Source: Pseudomonadota bacterium (GTDB lineage: Bacteria > Pseudomonadota > Gammaproteobacteria > Thiotrichales > Thiotrichaceae). Taken from it: a DNA stretch of 64,000 nucleotides. Numbering within the stretch: the first letter of the stretch is position 1; every line of letters starts with the position of its first letter. Where the stretch lies: positions 18,563-82,562 of the forward strand of contig JBDKGX010000001.1 of the NCBI GenBank assembly GCA_039797965.1, given 5' to 3'. Below, piece by piece: positions 62,684 through 64,000 of this stretch. The notes beneath the pieces were generated by a model, which had not been told where the DNA came from, searched no databases, and saw nothing but the letters and a program-made list of their open reading frames with translations. The position numbers were made by a program, and so were the translations under genes.

Positions 62684-64000
62684 TTACAGCATGCTAGTTA
62701 GGCTAGCAATAAGGTCTGGATTAGTCGTCATCAGATCACCCAATAAAGTGCCTGCTGTTGCTTCATCAACATTCATCATGCTGGCAATCATAGACACTAA
62801 TTGAGCATTTTGTGAACCACTGCTAGAGGATGAGCCACTAGTGCTAGTACTAGTTCCTGTAGATGCACTAGTACTTGACGAACCTGTAGCCGCGGGTGAG
62901 CTAGATACTGGTGTGGTAGTTGATGTACTGGGTGTAGACCAAGAACTAGAAGTCGTACTACCAGTACCTGTTACTGTTCCAGTAGGAGTAGTCGATGCGC
63001 TGCCTGTGCTAGAGGTGCTAGAACCACTGCTACTAGAGCTGGTGCTAGGGACAGAAGAACCACTAATAACGGTAGTAGATTGTTGTTGCGAGCTAGTATT
63101 GGTGCTAGAGCCTTGTGCTAAGCCACTGAAAATCATATTGCCACTAACATTACCAGAGCCAAGGCTGCTCACTAAGCTATTCATTAATGCTGTTAGGTCT
63201 GCTGCACTAATACCTAAAGCAGTAAGCTTAGTCATGATATCATTCATAGACATGCCAGAATTCAGCATTTGAATGATTTGATTACCTAAATCATTAGCGT
63301 TGACTGCTCCTGAACTGGTATTGATAGTACTGGTAGTGCCAGTAGTGCTAGTACCAGTTGAAGACGTGGTAGAGCCTGTACCAGTCGATGTAGTACCGGT
63401 AGAGCCTGTATTACCTGTGACAGCGGCTAAAATAGCATCGACATCGCTAGCTTGGAGTCCACCATTAATTAAAGTAGTACGAATGTCTGTAATACTCATC
63501 CCCATATTAACCAAGTTATTAATCATACTGGTAATTTGGGCAGGTACTTGAGTAGTGCCAGTACCGGTTGGGCTAGGAGTAGGGGCTGGTGAAGTACTAG
63601 GTGCTGGAGTAGGAGCAGGTGAAGTACTCGGTGCTGGAGTAGGTACCGGTGTTGGAGCAGGTGCAGGGCTAACAGTAGGTGCAGGACTGGAGCCTGTAGA
63701 GCCTGTATTACCTGTGACAGCGGCTAAAATAGCATCGACATCACTAGCTTTCAGTCCACCATTGATTAAGGTAGTACGAATGTCTGTAATACTCATCCCC
63801 ATATTAACCAAGTTATTAATCATACTGGTAATTTGGGCAGGTACTTGAGTAGCGCCAGTACCTGTTGGGCTAGGAGTAGGGGCTGGTGAAGTACTCGGTG
63901 CTGGCGTAGGAGCTGGTGAAGTACTAGGCGCTGGAGTAGGTACTGGTGTTGGAGCAGGTGCAGGACTAACAGTAGGTGCAGGACTAACAGTAGGTGCAGG
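62684..64000 (-). CDS. Ser/Thr/Pro/Gly-rich protein with repeated ~40-aa helical modules (start lies beyond the window)
   Basis: Frame stays open past 63823 to the edge; module QITSMINNLVNMGMSITDIRTTLINGGLxASDVDAILAAV twice plus a diverged third copy. Confidence 0.8.
   Translation of the reverse strand, partial: PAPTVSPAPTVSPAPAPTPVPTPAPSTSPAPTPAPSTSPAPTPSPTGTGATQVPAQITSMINNLVNMGMSITDIRTTLINGGLKASDVDAILAAVTGNTGSTGSSPAPTVSPAPAPTPVPTPAPSTSPAPTPAPSTSPAPTPSPTGTGTTQVPAQITSMINNLVNMGMSITDIRTTLINGGLQASDVDAILAAVTGNTGSTGTTSTGTGSTTSSTGTSTTGTTSTINTSSGAVNANDLGNQIIQMLNSGMSMNDIMTKLTALGISAADLTALMNSLVSSLGSGNVSGNMIFSGLAQGSSTNTSSQQQSTTVISGSSVPSTSSSSSGSSTSSTGSASTTPTGTVTGTGSTTSSSWSTPSTSTTTPVSSSPAATGSSSTSASTGTSTSTSGSSSSSGSQNAQLVSMIASMMNVDEATAGTLLGDLMTTNPDLIASLTSML
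63399..63985. repeat. Intragenic tandem duplication, period 297 bp (99 aa), with internal 30-bp PAPTPAPSTS-type units
   Basis: agagcctgtattacctgtgacagcggctaaaatagcatcg at 63401 and 63698; near-identity over about 290 bp. Confidence 0.92.

Noticed and set aside
62841-63848. Plus-strand Val/Leu/Gly-rich ORFs (62841-63272, 63300-63551, 63555-63848) and 51615-51887
   Set aside because: Antisense shadows of Ser/Thr/Pro-rich minus-strand genes, which have the RBS or terminator support
63560-64000. 30-bp and 18-bp repeats as a possible CRISPR array
   Set aside because: In-frame coding tandem repeats with no unique spacers; no cas genes in the window

Overview
About 64 kb of AT-leaning chromosome from a gammaproteobacterium. 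A Thiotrichaceae-like filamentous sulfur bacterium is my inference from protein style, not a database result. In order: the 5' end of an ORF missed by the ORF track (190->1, minus), hipBA-type toxin-antitoxin, proQ, fabI, ubiE, a type IV pilus locus (pilD-pilC-[Wzy_C/O-OTase]-pilB-pilA-pilR-pilS), nadE-glnB-tmcA, a LiuR-controlled branched-chain acyl-CoA region (crotonase, hbd, icmF / liuR, CoA-transferase, ivd, thiolase, ACAD, liuB, liuD, liuE), an Mrr-nuclease-ParA fusion, an arsenic cluster, Lrp plus class II aldolase, ilvD-yjgA, two leaderless Ser/Gly-rich proteins, an exported caspase-like protease / ECF sigma / membrane anti-sigma triad, yciA, a META lipoprotein, argS, an orphan pilU-like ATPase, rsuA, ilvA, rpiA, a 1,000-aa surface protein, lptFG, an ankyrin protein, hemW and a tandem-repeat low-complexity protein cut by the window edge. 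I found no rRNA, tRNA, CRISPR or IS element. Main unexplained signals: (1) the palindrome AGTACT occurs about 160 times by hand tally versus about 20 expected, a HIP1-like pattern; (2) a candidate caspase-triggered ECF signalling module; (3) five dispersed Cys-free, harpin-like proteins (the four with visible N-termini lack signal peptides); (4) an Mrr-ParA fusion.
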